64,000 nucleotides of DNA from Dehalococcoidia bacterium (GTDB lineage: Bacteria; Chloroflexota; Dehalococcoidia; Lucifugimonadales; JAGWBF01). A model generated the notes under the pieces. The model saw nothing but the letters and a program-made list of their open reading frames with translations, did not search any database and had not been told where the DNA came from. Both the position numbers and the translations under genes were made by a program. The DNA lies in the NCBI GenBank assembly GCA_034423015.1, contig DAOUJG010000055.1:4379-68378 (forward strand). Reading direction: 5' to 3'. Shown here piece by piece: positions 43,952-53,344 of the stretch (the first letter of the stretch is position 1; the number at the start of each line of letters is the position of its first letter).

Positions 43952-45712
43952 CTACTCTATGGATGCCAGGTAGTGATAGAGGGGCTGGCCCCCGTATACC
44001 TGCTCCACCTCGACACCCGGGAAGCGGAGGCGTATGCTCTCCGCCGCGTCCTCGGCCGCGTCCTGGCCCACGTCTTTGCCCCGGTACAGACTGATTAGCT
44101 GGCCCTCCCCGGGTCCGCACGCCGCCAGCGCCTCCTGAAGGACCGAATGAGCGGTCTCTCCTACAGAGACCATGTCGCCGTCCGCCAGGCCGATATACTG
44201 GCCCTCCCTGACGGAGCTTCCGCTGACGGTGGAGTCCCGTACCGCTCTGGTCACTTCGATGCTGCGGACGCCCGAGATGGCGGTCTCCATCGACTGCAGG
44301 TTCCGTTCCAGGTCTTCGCTGGGGTTGAAGGCCAGGAGGGCGGCAACACCCTCGGGCAGGGACCGGGTTGGAAGCACGGACAGGGCCGGGCCGTCTCCAC
44401 CTTCCGCCGCCAAACCCGCCGCCTGGCGGGCCGCCGGTACCACGTTGGAGTTGTCGGGGAGAAGGATCACCTGGGACGCCCGGCTCTTCGCCGCGGCGTC
44501 CATCAGCTCTCCCGCGCTGGGGTTCATGGTTTGCCCGCCGACCACCACCGACGAGCACCCCAGCTCCTCGAAGAGGTCGACGAACCCGTCACCCCACGCG
44601 ACGGCCACCACCGCCAGGGCCTGTACCGCCCCGGCTGGACCCTCTCCGCCGGACGCCGCGCCCGCAGGACGTGTTGCCCCACCCCGGTGGGAGGCAATGA
44701 ACTCCTCATGCTGCTCGTCCATGCTCTGGAGGTTGACGTCGCGCACCGTCCCCAGCGACACGGCGTAGCTGATGACCGGACCTGGGTCCTGGGCGTGGAC
44801 GTGGAGCCTGACGAGGCTGGAGGTGCCCACGACGACGGTGGAGCCCGCCATGGAGCCCAGCCTGTCCCGGATCTCGTCCACCTGCAGGGAGGCCCCTTCG
44901 ATCAGGAGCTGGGTGCAGTAGCCGTAAAGCTCCTCCTCGGTGGTCCGCAGGTACTCCTCCCGCACGAGGGCGTCCGGGGGGGTTGGCTCTCCACCCGAGG
45001 GTAGGCAGGGCGCGCACAGGTCCAGCTCGCCCCCGAGGCTCTGGCCCGCCATGCACCGACGGGCCCCCTCCAAAAGGGTCACGACACCCTGGCCGCCCGC
45101 GTCGACGACGCCGGCGTCAGCCAGGACCTGAAGCTGGAGAGGAGTGTTGGAGACGGCCTCTCTGGCCGCGTGCAGGCCCGCCGTCCAGACGGATAGCAGG
45201 TCCACCGGGGCCTCGGGGTCGGACACGTGGCGGGAGGCCCCCTTGGAGAGCTGGTCTATGACGGTGAGCATGGTGCCCTCCACCGGCGTTCCCACCGAGG
45301 CGTAGGCGGCCCTGGAAGCCAGCTCCAGGCATGCGGCCAGGTCTCTGCCGTCGAGCTCTTCCTTCTCCTCCAGGCCCCGGGCCATTCCCTGGAAGAACTG
45401 GGAGAGGATCACGCCGCTGTTGCCCCGGGCGCCCAGGACCGCGCCCCGCGCCATGGAGGCCATCACGGACCCCGCGGAGGCGTCCGTCTCCTCCCGGCCC
45501 TGCTCCAGGACGCTGCGGAGGGTAAGCAGCATGTTGGTGCCCGTGTCGCCGTCCGGGACGGGAAAGACGTTGAAGGAATTGATGACATCCCGGTGCCGGT
45601 CGAAGAAGCGTTCCGCAGCCTCGAAGACGCTCCGCAGCTGGTGACCGTTCAGCTTGTCGGGATATGTCCCCTCTTCCCCGGGGGAGCTCAAGACCGAGCC
45701 GGCCAAGTGCAC
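43952..45712 (-). CDS. DAK2-domain protein (YloV family)
   Basis: 'INSFNVFPVPDGDTGTNM' DAK2 signature. Conserved yloV-degV-recG neighbourhood, divergent from rpmB. GTG start uncertain. Confidence 0.85.
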   Translation of the reverse strand: MHLAGSVLSSPGEEGTYPDKLNGHQLRSVFEAAERFFDRHRDVINSFNVFPVPDGDTGTNMLLTLRSVLEQGREETDASAGSVMASMARGAVLGARGNSGVILSQFFQGMARGLEEKEELDGRDLAACLELASRAAYASVGTPVEGTMLTVIDQLSKGASRHVSDPEAPVDLLSVWTAGLHAAREAVSNTPLQLQVLADAGVVDAGGQGVVTLLEGARRCMAGQSLGGELDLCAPCLPSGGEPTPPDALVREEYLRTTEEELYGYCTQLLIEGASLQVDEIRDRLGSMAGSTVVVGTSSLVRLHVHAQDPGPVISYAVSLGTVRDVNLQSMDEQHEEFIASHRGGATRPAGAASGGEGPAGAVQALAVVAVAWGDGFVDLFEELGCSSVVVGGQTMNPSAGELMDAAAKSRASQVILLPDNSNVVPAARQAAGLAAEGGDGPALSVLPTRSLPEGVAALLAFNPSEDLERNLQSMETAISGVRSIEVTRAVRDSTVSGSSVREGQYIGLADGDMVSVGETAHSVLQEALAACGPGEGQLISLYRGKDVGQDAAEDAAESIRLRFPGVEVEQVYGGQPLYHYLASIE

Positions 45713-45719
45713 GCGCTCC

Positions 45720-45748
45720 TTGTCAACATGCCGCGCCCATGCTATCCT
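45720..45748 (+). promoter_or_regulatory. promoter TTGTCA-17 bp-TATCCT (TGc-extended) for rpmB
   Basis: -35 at 45720-45725 and -10 at 45743-45748. Confidence 0.5.
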
Positions 45749-45805
45749 AGCTGCCAGGAATTCTACTGAAAGCCGGTCTGGCGGTCAAACGGGAATGGGT
45801 CCATC

Positions 45806-45991
45806 ATGAAGTGTGAAGTCTGCGGCAAGGTCGGAATGTCGGGGAACAACGTCAGCCACTCCAAGCGGCGGACCAGGACTCGTTTCCTGCCCAACACCCA
45901 CAAGCTGACCATATCGGTGAACGGCGCCCCGAAGCGCGTCAAGATCTGCACCAGGTGCCTCAGGACGCACCACAAGCCTCCCCGCTCCTAG
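45806..45991 (+). CDS. rpmB: 50S ribosomal protein L28
   Basis: 'CEVCGK...GNNVSHSKRRTRTRF.PN' L28 signature. Confidence 0.9.
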   Translation: MKCEVCGKVGMSGNNVSHSKRRTRTRFLPNTHKLTISVNGAPKRVKICTRCLRTHHKPPRS

Positions 45992-46671
45992 CCCGGCGCC
46001 ACTCCCTCGATACTCCGCCTCAGCCTCCCCATGGCAGCATCCACGGATTCGGTGCGGTTGAAGACCGCCGCCCCCGCCACCAGGATGGTCGCGCCCGCTC
46101 GCACGGCGTCGGCGGCCGTATCCGCGTTGATCCCGCCGTCCACCTGGACCTCTGCCGGGTAGCCCCGTTCGGACAGCAAGTTGCGCAGCCGGGACACCTT
46201 GTCCAGCGTCTCGGGTATCATCTTCTGGCCCGAGAACCCCGGGTTTACGGTGCCGATGAGGGCGATGTCCACGTAGCAGAGGACTTCCTCCAGGGACGCA
46301 AGGGGGGTGGAAGGATTGATGGCTACACCCGCCTGGAGCCCCGCCTCCTTGACCTGATGTATCGCCCTGTGCAGATGCAGGCACGACTCGCTGTGCAATA
46401 TTATGTGGTCCGCACCGGCCTTGACGAAGTCGGCTATGTACCGTTCGGGCCGGTCGATCATCAGGTGCACGTTGAGGGGCAGGTCGCTGGCCGCCCGGAT
46501 GCCCTCCACGACCACGGGCCCCATGGAGATGTTGGGCACGAAGTGTCCGTCCATCACGTCCAGGTGGAGGTAGTCAGCCCCGGCGCGGGCGGCCTCGGCC
46601 ACCTGCTCTCCCAGGCGGCCGAAGTCGGCCGACAGGACCGACGGCGCTATCTTGACCGTGCTATGGTTCAT
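45988..46671 (-). CDS. rpe: ribulose-phosphate 3-epimerase
   Basis: 'IAPSVLSADF...LHLDVMDGHFVPN' signature. Its ATG overlaps the argH TGA (ATGA). Confidence 0.95.
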   Translation of the reverse strand: MNHSTVKIAPSVLSADFGRLGEQVAEAARAGADYLHLDVMDGHFVPNISMGPVVVEGIRAASDLPLNVHLMIDRPERYIADFVKAGADHIILHSESCLHLHRAIHQVKEAGLQAGVAINPSTPLASLEEVLCYVDIALIGTVNPGFSGQKMIPETLDKVSRLRNLLSERGYPAEVQVDGGINADTAADAVRAGATILVAGAAVFNRTESVDAAMGRLRRSIEGVAPG

Positions 46672-48083
46672 GGTACCGCCTCACCACGTGGTCTGCCCAT
46701 CGCCCGCACTGGGCTGCCCTCATCCAGCAGCTCCCTCGCCCGCCTCAGCGCCTCGTCCACCCGCCCGGGAGCGGTGCCGCCGTCGATGTCCCTGGCCGCC
46801 ACCGAAGACGCGGCGGATATGCGGTAGACACCCTCATCGAAATGGGGCGAGAAGCGGCGGTACTCCTCGACGGTCAGGTCGCCCAGGGCCTTCCCCCCGG
46901 ACCCGGCATAGGAGCACAGCTCCTTCACGGCCCCGTACGCCTCCCGGAAGGGCACCTTCTTCTCGGTCACCAGGTAGTCGGCCAGGTCCGTGGCAAGCAT
47001 GTAGCTCTCCCCCGAGGCCAGCTCCATGCGGTCCCGGTGCACGGTCATGGTCGACAGCATCCCGGAGAAGACCTCCAGGGTGGCCTGCAGGGTGTCGATG
47101 GTGTCGAAGGTCCCCTCCTTGTCCTCCTGAAGGTCCCGGTTGTAGGAGAGGGGCAGCCCCTTGAGCACCGTGAGGATTCCCATCAGGTGGCCGTACACAC
47201 GCCCGGTCTTTCCCCTGGCCAGCTCCGCGAAGTCCGGGTTTCGCTTCTGGGGCATGATGCTGCTGCCCGTAACGTACCGGGGGGACAGGGTGACGAACCC
47301 GAACTCCCGGGAGGACCAGAGGACCACCTCCTCTGCCAGGCGTGACAGGTGCATCATGCATATGGAGGCGGCGGAGTGGAACTCGGCGAGGTAGTCCCTG
47401 TCCGACACGGCATCCATGCTGTTGGCGCTCACCGAGGAGAAGCCAAGCTCCGCCGCCAGGAACTCCCTGTCGGTTGGGTAGGGCACGCCGGCCAGGGCGC
47501 CGCTTCCCAGGGGCATGACGTCCATGCGCGCGAGGCAGTCGCGGAAGCGGGACAGGTCGCGCTCCAGCATGTGGAAGTAGGCCAGCAGGTGGTGGGCGAA
47601 CAGTATGGGCTGGGCCCGCTGCAGGTGGGTGTAGCCCGGCATCAGGGCGCCGGCATGGGCGTCCGAGACGTCGACCAGGGCGAGCTGCACGCCCCGGATG
47701 CCGTCGCAGATGTCCAGAATGGCATCCTTCAGGTACATCCGCATGTCCAGGGCCACTTGGTCGTTGCGGGACCGGCCCGTGTGCAGCTTTCCGGCCACCG
47801 GGGCGCCGATCTTCTCCACCAGGCGGGCCTCCACGTTCATGTGGATGTCCTCCAGGGAGTCCCGCCAGGGAAACGTGCCCGACTCGATCTCCTCACCGAT
47901 GGAACGGAGACCCGCCACTATCATCTCGACCTCGGAGTCCGAAAGGATGCCTCCGGCCGCCAGCATGCGAGCATGGGCGACGGACCCGGCGATGTCCTGC
48001 TTGTACAGCCGCCGGTCGTAGTGGATGGAGACAGAGTAGCCGTGGCCTTTATCGTCCATGGGACCGGCCTCCGCAAAGGCCAT
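46668..48083 (-). CDS. argH: argininosuccinate lyase (atypical N-terminus)
   Basis: Fumarate-lyase signature 'GSSIMPQKRNPD' and 'TGRSRNDQV'. Lacks the usual N-terminal LWGGRF. Confidence 0.9.
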   Translation of the reverse strand: MAFAEAGPMDDKGHGYSVSIHYDRRLYKQDIAGSVAHARMLAAGGILSDSEVEMIVAGLRSIGEEIESGTFPWRDSLEDIHMNVEARLVEKIGAPVAGKLHTGRSRNDQVALDMRMYLKDAILDICDGIRGVQLALVDVSDAHAGALMPGYTHLQRAQPILFAHHLLAYFHMLERDLSRFRDCLARMDVMPLGSGALAGVPYPTDREFLAAELGFSSVSANSMDAVSDRDYLAEFHSAASICMMHLSRLAEEVVLWSSREFGFVTLSPRYVTGSSIMPQKRNPDFAELARGKTGRVYGHLMGILTVLKGLPLSYNRDLQEDKEGTFDTIDTLQATLEVFSGMLSTMTVHRDRMELASGESYMLATDLADYLVTEKKVPFREAYGAVKELCSYAGSGGKALGDLTVEEYRRFSPHFDEGVYRISAASSVAARDIDGGTAPGRVDEALRRARELLDEGSPVRAMGRPRGEAVP

Positions 48084-48140
48084 AGTGATTCCGCGCCGTC
48101 GGTCCGAGAGGTTCCTACCGGCCCGGGAGAGTCCCAGCCG

Positions 48141-49334
48141 TCACTCGTCCCCCTGGACTTGGGACTGGGTCCTGACCGGCAGTCCGAAGATGGATATGAA
48201 GCCCTCGGCGGCGCGGTGGTCGAACTTGTCGCCCCGGTCATAGGTGGCCAGCTCGTAGCTGTACAGGGCGTTGGGGGACCTTCTCCCTACGACGGTGCAG
48301 GAGCCCTTCAGGAGGCGTACCCGCACCGTTCCGCTGACGTGCCTCTGGGTGCTGTCCACGTAGGCGTCCATGTCCCGCCGGTGCTGGGTGAACCACAGGC
48401 CATTGTACACGACGTCCGCGTACTCCTGGGCGATCCGCGTCTTCAGGCGGACCTGCTCTTTGCTCAAGGTGATGGCCTCCAGGGCCCTGTGGGCCGAGTG
48501 CAGCACCACCGCCGCGGGAGCCTCGTAGACCTCCCGTGACTTGATCCCCACCAGCCGGTTCTCCAGGTGGTCGATGCGGCCCACGCCATGTTGGCCGGCC
48601 CGCCGGTTGAGGTGGTCCACCAGAGCCACTCCGTCCATCTCCTCGCCGTCGATGGAGACGGGCAGGCCTTGCTCGAAGGCTATCTCGATGTAGGAGGGCT
48701 CATCGGGACAGGCGCTCACCGGCCTGGTCCACTGGAAGGCGTCCTCGGGAGGCTCGTTCCAGGGGTCCTCCAGGTCTCCCGTCTCTATGCTGCGGCCCCA
48801 CAGGTTCTCGTCGGTCGAGTAGGGGTTCCTGCCCTCGGGCACCGGGATGTTCCGAGCGCGGCCGTACTCGATCTCCTCCTCCCGGCTCATGCCCCACTCC
48901 CTTATGGGCGCGATGACCTGGAGGTCCGGCGCCAGGGCCGCCACGCTCACGTCCAGACGCACCTGGTCGTTCCCCTTGCCGGTGCAGCCGTGGGCCACGG
49001 CGTAGGCCCCCTCCCTGCGGGCCGCCTCCACCATGTAGCGGGCGATCAGTGGACGGCCAAGGGCCGTGGCAAGCGGGTAGACGTCCTCGTAGACCGCTCC
49101 CGCCTTCAGGGCCGGGGAGATGTAGCCATCGTAGAAAGCCGCCTTGCCGTCCACCGTGATGGCGTTGACCGCGCCGATCTGGATGGCCTTCTGACGAGCG
49201 GGCTCCAGGTCCACCATGCCCAGGTCGATGGTCACGGTCACGACCTGGGCATCGTACTGCTCCTGGAGCCAGCGTACGGCTACGGACGTGTCCAGACCGC
49301 CGCTGTATGCCAGGGCGATCTTCTTCTGCGCCAT
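48141..49334 (-). CDS. argG: argininosuccinate synthase
   Basis: 'IALAYSGGLDTS' P-loop and 'HGCTGKGNDQVR'. Confidence 0.95.
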   Translation of the reverse strand: MAQKKIALAYSGGLDTSVAVRWLQEQYDAQVVTVTIDLGMVDLEPARQKAIQIGAVNAITVDGKAAFYDGYISPALKAGAVYEDVYPLATALGRPLIARYMVEAARREGAYAVAHGCTGKGNDQVRLDVSVAALAPDLQVIAPIREWGMSREEEIEYGRARNIPVPEGRNPYSTDENLWGRSIETGDLEDPWNEPPEDAFQWTRPVSACPDEPSYIEIAFEQGLPVSIDGEEMDGVALVDHLNRRAGQHGVGRIDHLENRLVGIKSREVYEAPAAVVLHSAHRALEAITLSKEQVRLKTRIAQEYADVVYNGLWFTQHRRDMDAYVDSTQRHVSGTVRVRLLKGSCTVVGRRSPNALYSYELATYDRGDKFDHRAAEGFISIFGLPVRTQSQVQGDE

Positions 49335-49358
49335 GGTCCTCCTATATTCCTCCCAGGG

Positions 49359-50552
49359 CTATATCTTTCCCAGCGCCGTGGCCAGGCGCTCCACCCCTTC
49401 GTCTATCTCGTCGGCGCTGACGTTCAGAGGCGGCATGAAGCGTATCGCGTTGGGCCTTACCGGATTGAGCAGCAGGCCGTCCTCGTTGCTCTGGGCAACC
49501 ACCCTGCCGGCGATGTCTCCGTCGAACTCCAGGGCCACCAGAAGGCCCATGCCTCTCACCTGGGAGATGAAATCGAACCGCGACTTCAGACCCTCCAGCC
49601 CGGCCATCAGCCGCTCTCCCATCTCCAGGGCATTGGCCGACATGTCGTGGTCAACGATGTACTTGGTCGAGGCATAGGCGGCGGCGGTGGTCAACGGATT
49701 GCCCCCGAAGGTGGAGCCGTGGTCGCCGGGCTCCAGGGACATGCAGGCGTCCTTGGACATGAACGCACCTATGGGCACGCCTCCGCCCAGGCCCTTTCCC
49801 AGGGAGATGGCATCGGGCTCCACGCCGAACCGCTGGTAGCCGAACAGGCTGCCCAGGCGCCCGATGCCGGTCTGCACCTCGTCCAGCACCAGCAGCAGGC
49901 CCTGCTCGTCGCACCACTTCCGGACCCTGGCAAGGTAGTCCCCCGCGGGAACGTTCACTCCACCTTCGCCCTGCACCGGCTCCAGCATGACCGCCGCGGT
50001 CCTGTCGGTGGTCGCCTCCATGATCGCCTCGACGTTGTCGAACTCGACGTGGACGAAGCCGGGCGCCAGGGGCTGCCACGCCTCCTGGTAATGGGGCTGC
50101 CCGGTGGCCGCGATCATCCCAAGGGTGCGCCCGTGGAAGGAGTTGTACGCCGTGATGACCTCTTGCGCGCCGTCCCGGTTCTTCCTGCCGTGCTTTCGGG
50201 CCAGCTTCGTGACCCCCTCGACGGCCTCGACGCCGCTGTTGCTGAAGAACACCTTGTCCAGGCAGCTATTCTCCACCAGCAGCTGGGCCAGCAGGAGCTG
50301 CGGTGTCGTGTAGAACTGGTTGGAGGTCTGCAGCAGAGTCCCCGCCTGGTCCACTATGGCCTGGGTGATGGCCGGATGGCAATGGCCCAGGTTGTTCACC
50401 GCCCAACCGGCGCAGAAGTCCAGGTACTCCTTGCCGTCCACGTCCCACGCCCTGGTGCCCTCGCCGCGGGCGATGACCACGGGCTGACGCCTCACGGTGA
50501 ACATGTAGTACTGTTTTTCCATCTCGATCCAGTCGGCTTTGCTGCGCGTCAT
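49359..50552 (-). CDS. argD: acetylornithine aminotransferase (class III PLP aminotransferase)
   Basis: 'FSNSGVEAVE', 'DEVQTGIGRLG', and Lys context 'ISLGKGLGGG'. Its ATG overlaps the UPF0182 TGA. Function assigned from the arg-operon context. Confidence 0.85.
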   Translation of the reverse strand: MTRSKADWIEMEKQYYMFTVRRQPVVIARGEGTRAWDVDGKEYLDFCAGWAVNNLGHCHPAITQAIVDQAGTLLQTSNQFYTTPQLLLAQLLVENSCLDKVFFSNSGVEAVEGVTKLARKHGRKNRDGAQEVITAYNSFHGRTLGMIAATGQPHYQEAWQPLAPGFVHVEFDNVEAIMEATTDRTAAVMLEPVQGEGGVNVPAGDYLARVRKWCDEQGLLLVLDEVQTGIGRLGSLFGYQRFGVEPDAISLGKGLGGGVPIGAFMSKDACMSLEPGDHGSTFGGNPLTTAAAYASTKYIVDHDMSANALEMGERLMAGLEGLKSRFDFISQVRGMGLLVALEFDGDIAGRVVAQSNEDGLLLNPVRPNAIRFMPPLNVSADEIDEGVERLATALGKI

Positions 50553-53335
50553 TGGCTGTCTCCTATAGCCTGATTGATCCTGTCGAAGGCCTCTTCCAGC
50601 GCTTCCAGGTCCTTCTTGAGCTGCTCGATGGCCTGGGCGGCGGCTTCTATCTCGGGTCCGAGCTGGAACTCGGCTCCCGGCGCGGTCCCCGGCGGCGCCG
50701 GCTCCTCGTCCACGACCCTGATGGGCTCCTTGTGTCCCAGCAGCAACGCCAAGCTCTGGTCCAGGGTGTCGGACATGACCACGTTCTCGGCGTCGGCCAC
50801 GATGACCTTCTTCAGCTCGGGCAGGGCCAGCGCCTGGGCCCGGATGTACAGGGGCTCCACGTACAGCAGCGAGTCGTCCAGGGGGATGGCCAGGAGGTTT
50901 CCGCGGATGCACAGCTTGCCTTCAGGGCAAAGGAGGCTCAGCTCCCGGCCGATCTCCTCGTCGGAGGTGATGCGGCCCTCGATCTGCTCAGGCCCGTCCA
51001 CCTGGCCCTCGGGGAAGATGAAGGTCACCAGCTTGCCGTAGTTGTCGCCGTCATTGCGGGCGGCCATCCAGGCCACCAGGTTCTTGCGCTCCTCGCCGCC
51101 CGGGGTGAAGGGGAGCAGCAGGACGAACTCCTGCTCCTCTTCACCCGGCAGCTTCATGATCACGTAGTAGGGCTCGACCTCCTGGGTGGTCTGCTCCAGG
51201 GTGTCCGGCGCGAAGAACACCTCGTTGGGCACGGCCCACTGGTCGCTCCTGGAGAAGAACTCCTCGGGGTTCCGCATGTGGTAGCGAAGGTTGATCTCCG
51301 CCTGGATACGGAAGAGGTCAATGGGGTAACGTACGTGGTCCCGCAGCGACGGGTCCAGGTCGTCGATCTCGTCGAAGTCCTTGAATACCTCCGGGAACGC
51401 CCCGCGGTACATCTGCACCATGGGATCGTCGGGGTCTATGACGAACAGGTGGACCGTGCCATTGTAAGCGTCCACCACCGCCTTCACGCTGTTCCGGATG
51501 TAGTTGAACCTGTCATCGAAGGCCGCCGAGTAGGCGAAACGGTCGGTCGTCGTATACAAGTCCTGGACCCACCACAGGTTGTTGTTGGAGCCGATCACCG
51601 GGTAGGGGTCGTGGTCCAGCTCCAGGAACGGGGCGATGGTCTCTATCCGGTCGCGGATCTCCCGCCGGTACTGGATCCGGCTGTCCGACGAGACCTGGCC
51701 GCTGATGAGGACGTTCAGGTCCAGGAACTCCCAGGCAAAGGCGGCCCTCCTGAAGAAGGACCCGAGTCCCACGCCTCCGGTACCCCCGTAGTCCTGGTAG
51801 AACTGCTCGCCCTCGGGGCCCGGGTAGTTGAACTCGTCGGTCTCGCTGTTGACGATGACGAAGCTCTTGGTGTTCTCACCGTAGTAGACCTCGGGCCGTT
51901 CCAGGGTGAGCTCCCCGACGGGAGGCACCTCCGACAGCAGGAACTCCGGCCTTCCCTCCACGGTGGCCTTGTCCACCGGGCTCATCGCCACGCCGTACCC
52001 GTGGGTATAGGCCAGCTTCCGGTTCACCCAGTTCTGGGCATCCTCCTCCAGGTTCTCGGGGAACAGCTCCCGGGCCGCCAGCATCACCTGCCGGTACTCC
52101 CCGTTGGGCAGGGTGTAGCGGTCCACGTCCACGCCAACGAAGTTGTAGTACTGCCGGAAGGTCTGTATCTGGTTGTAGGTGTCCCGCAGGGGACGGTGGT
52201 CCCACAGCCTGATGTTGTTGATGGTCTCGGGGTTGTTCTGAACGTTTTCCAGGGTGATGTTGGGGCTGTACGGGAACACCCTCTCTTCGATCAGGTCCAG
52301 GTTGTAGGCTGCCGCCGTGGCCTCGATGGCCCTGACGATGAACTTCTCCTCCCGCTCGAACTCGTTGGGGTTGACCCTGAACCGCTGGAACGCCGTCGGG
52401 TAAATCCCCCCGGCCACTATGGCCAGCACCGCCCACAGGGAGAAGGAGGCGATCATCATGCGCAGGCCGCCGTAGTAGAGGCTGACGACGAACCCCACGG
52501 AGGACACCAGCGCGATGGCGACCAGCAGCCACAGCACCGGAATCCTGGCGTTCACGTCGGTGTAGCCCGCCCCGGGCGCGGCGCCCCTGCCCGAGAAGAC
52601 CAGCTCGAAGATGTCCAGGTAGTGGGCCGCCGCTATGGTCACCATCAGGAGGGCGCCCAGGATGGCGAGGTGGCCCCTTATACGAGGGGTGAGCACGAAG
52701 GTCACTCCGCGGGTGGTGAATACGGCAAAGTAGAACACCCCCACCACCACTGCCGTGGCGATGACCATCCCCATCAACCAGCCCTGGACCAAGTGCAGCA
52801 CTGGCATGGTCGCGATGTGGAAGCCCATGTCCCTGCCGAACTGCGGGTCCGCCACGCCGAAGGACACCCTGTTGAAGAAGACCAGGAACGTCTCCCACTG
52901 GCCCTGGAGCACGGCGCCGAATACGATGCTGACCACTGCGACGACCAGCACGGCGCCCGCGAGCAGGGCGATGCGGGCCATCTTCTGTACCTCCGGGGGT
53001 ACGGGCAGCACCGACTCCCCTCTGGAGAAGCGATAGGCGAAGTGAAGGTTGACGGCGAGCACGGCCGCCATCACGATGGCGCCGCCGAAGAAGAGCCAGA
53101 CGCGCGTGGTCAGGACCCTCTGGTACCGGTCCAGGAACCCAAGCTGGTCGAACCACAGCCAGTCGGTGTAGATGTCCTTTACGACGTACAGGACGAGGCC
53201 GATGACCACCAGGGCGGCTACCACCGCGCCTATGCGGACCATGAGCCGCATGTTCCTGGCCCGCATCTCGGCTAGGTCCACCGCCCAAGGAGGGGGCGGC
53301 GCGCCTTCGCCGTTGTTACCGGTGTTGAAGTTCAT
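50549..53335 (-). CDS. UPF0182 (COG1615) family large membrane protein, unknown function
   Basis: 928 aa. N-terminal about 300 aa with about 7 TM helices and 'DWLWFDQLGF', followed by a large soluble region, typical of UPF0182. Confidence 0.85.
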   Translation of the reverse strand: MNFNTGNNGEGAPPPPWAVDLAEMRARNMRLMVRIGAVVAALVVIGLVLYVVKDIYTDWLWFDQLGFLDRYQRVLTTRVWLFFGGAIVMAAVLAVNLHFAYRFSRGESVLPVPPEVQKMARIALLAGAVLVVAVVSIVFGAVLQGQWETFLVFFNRVSFGVADPQFGRDMGFHIATMPVLHLVQGWLMGMVIATAVVVGVFYFAVFTTRGVTFVLTPRIRGHLAILGALLMVTIAAAHYLDIFELVFSGRGAAPGAGYTDVNARIPVLWLLVAIALVSSVGFVVSLYYGGLRMMIASFSLWAVLAIVAGGIYPTAFQRFRVNPNEFEREEKFIVRAIEATAAAYNLDLIEERVFPYSPNITLENVQNNPETINNIRLWDHRPLRDTYNQIQTFRQYYNFVGVDVDRYTLPNGEYRQVMLAARELFPENLEEDAQNWVNRKLAYTHGYGVAMSPVDKATVEGRPEFLLSEVPPVGELTLERPEVYYGENTKSFVIVNSETDEFNYPGPEGEQFYQDYGGTGGVGLGSFFRRAAFAWEFLDLNVLISGQVSSDSRIQYRREIRDRIETIAPFLELDHDPYPVIGSNNNLWWVQDLYTTTDRFAYSAAFDDRFNYIRNSVKAVVDAYNGTVHLFVIDPDDPMVQMYRGAFPEVFKDFDEIDDLDPSLRDHVRYPIDLFRIQAEINLRYHMRNPEEFFSRSDQWAVPNEVFFAPDTLEQTTQEVEPYYVIMKLPGEEEQEFVLLLPFTPGGEERKNLVAWMAARNDGDNYGKLVTFIFPEGQVDGPEQIEGRITSDEEIGRELSLLCPEGKLCIRGNLLAIPLDDSLLYVEPLYIRAQALALPELKKVIVADAENVVMSDTLDQSLALLLGHKEPIRVVDEEPAPPGTAPGAEFQLGPEIEAAAQAIEQLKKDLEALEEAFDRINQAIGDSQ

Positions 53336-53344
53336 GCTCTCTCA

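Noticed and set aside
48040-48140. Possible frameshift at the argH 5' end. An alternative frame encodes '...SLWPLRR...' at exactly the spacing expected for LWGGRF relative to the 'YSVSIHYDRRL' helix.
   Set aside because: Only L, W and one R match. That frame has no start codon after the argG stop and belongs to a 106-aa shadow ORF overlapping argG. A frameshift cannot be supported from the sequence alone, so I kept this as a low-interest note on the atypical N-terminus.
50552-53275. 907-aa plus-strand ORF antisense to the UPF0182 gene. Similar long antisense ORFs occur at 57983-60196 (737 aa, opposite prkA), 34220-36073 (617 aa, opposite argS), 40230-42050 (606 aa, opposite recG), 48567-50573 (668 aa, opposite argG/argD), 5899-7365 and 775-2181.
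   Set aside because: Their translations are Arg/Gly/Pro/His/Val-rich low-complexity strings with no recognisable motifs. They exactly shadow genes with strong family signatures on the other strand. Stop-codon-poor antisense frames are expected in DNA this GC-rich.
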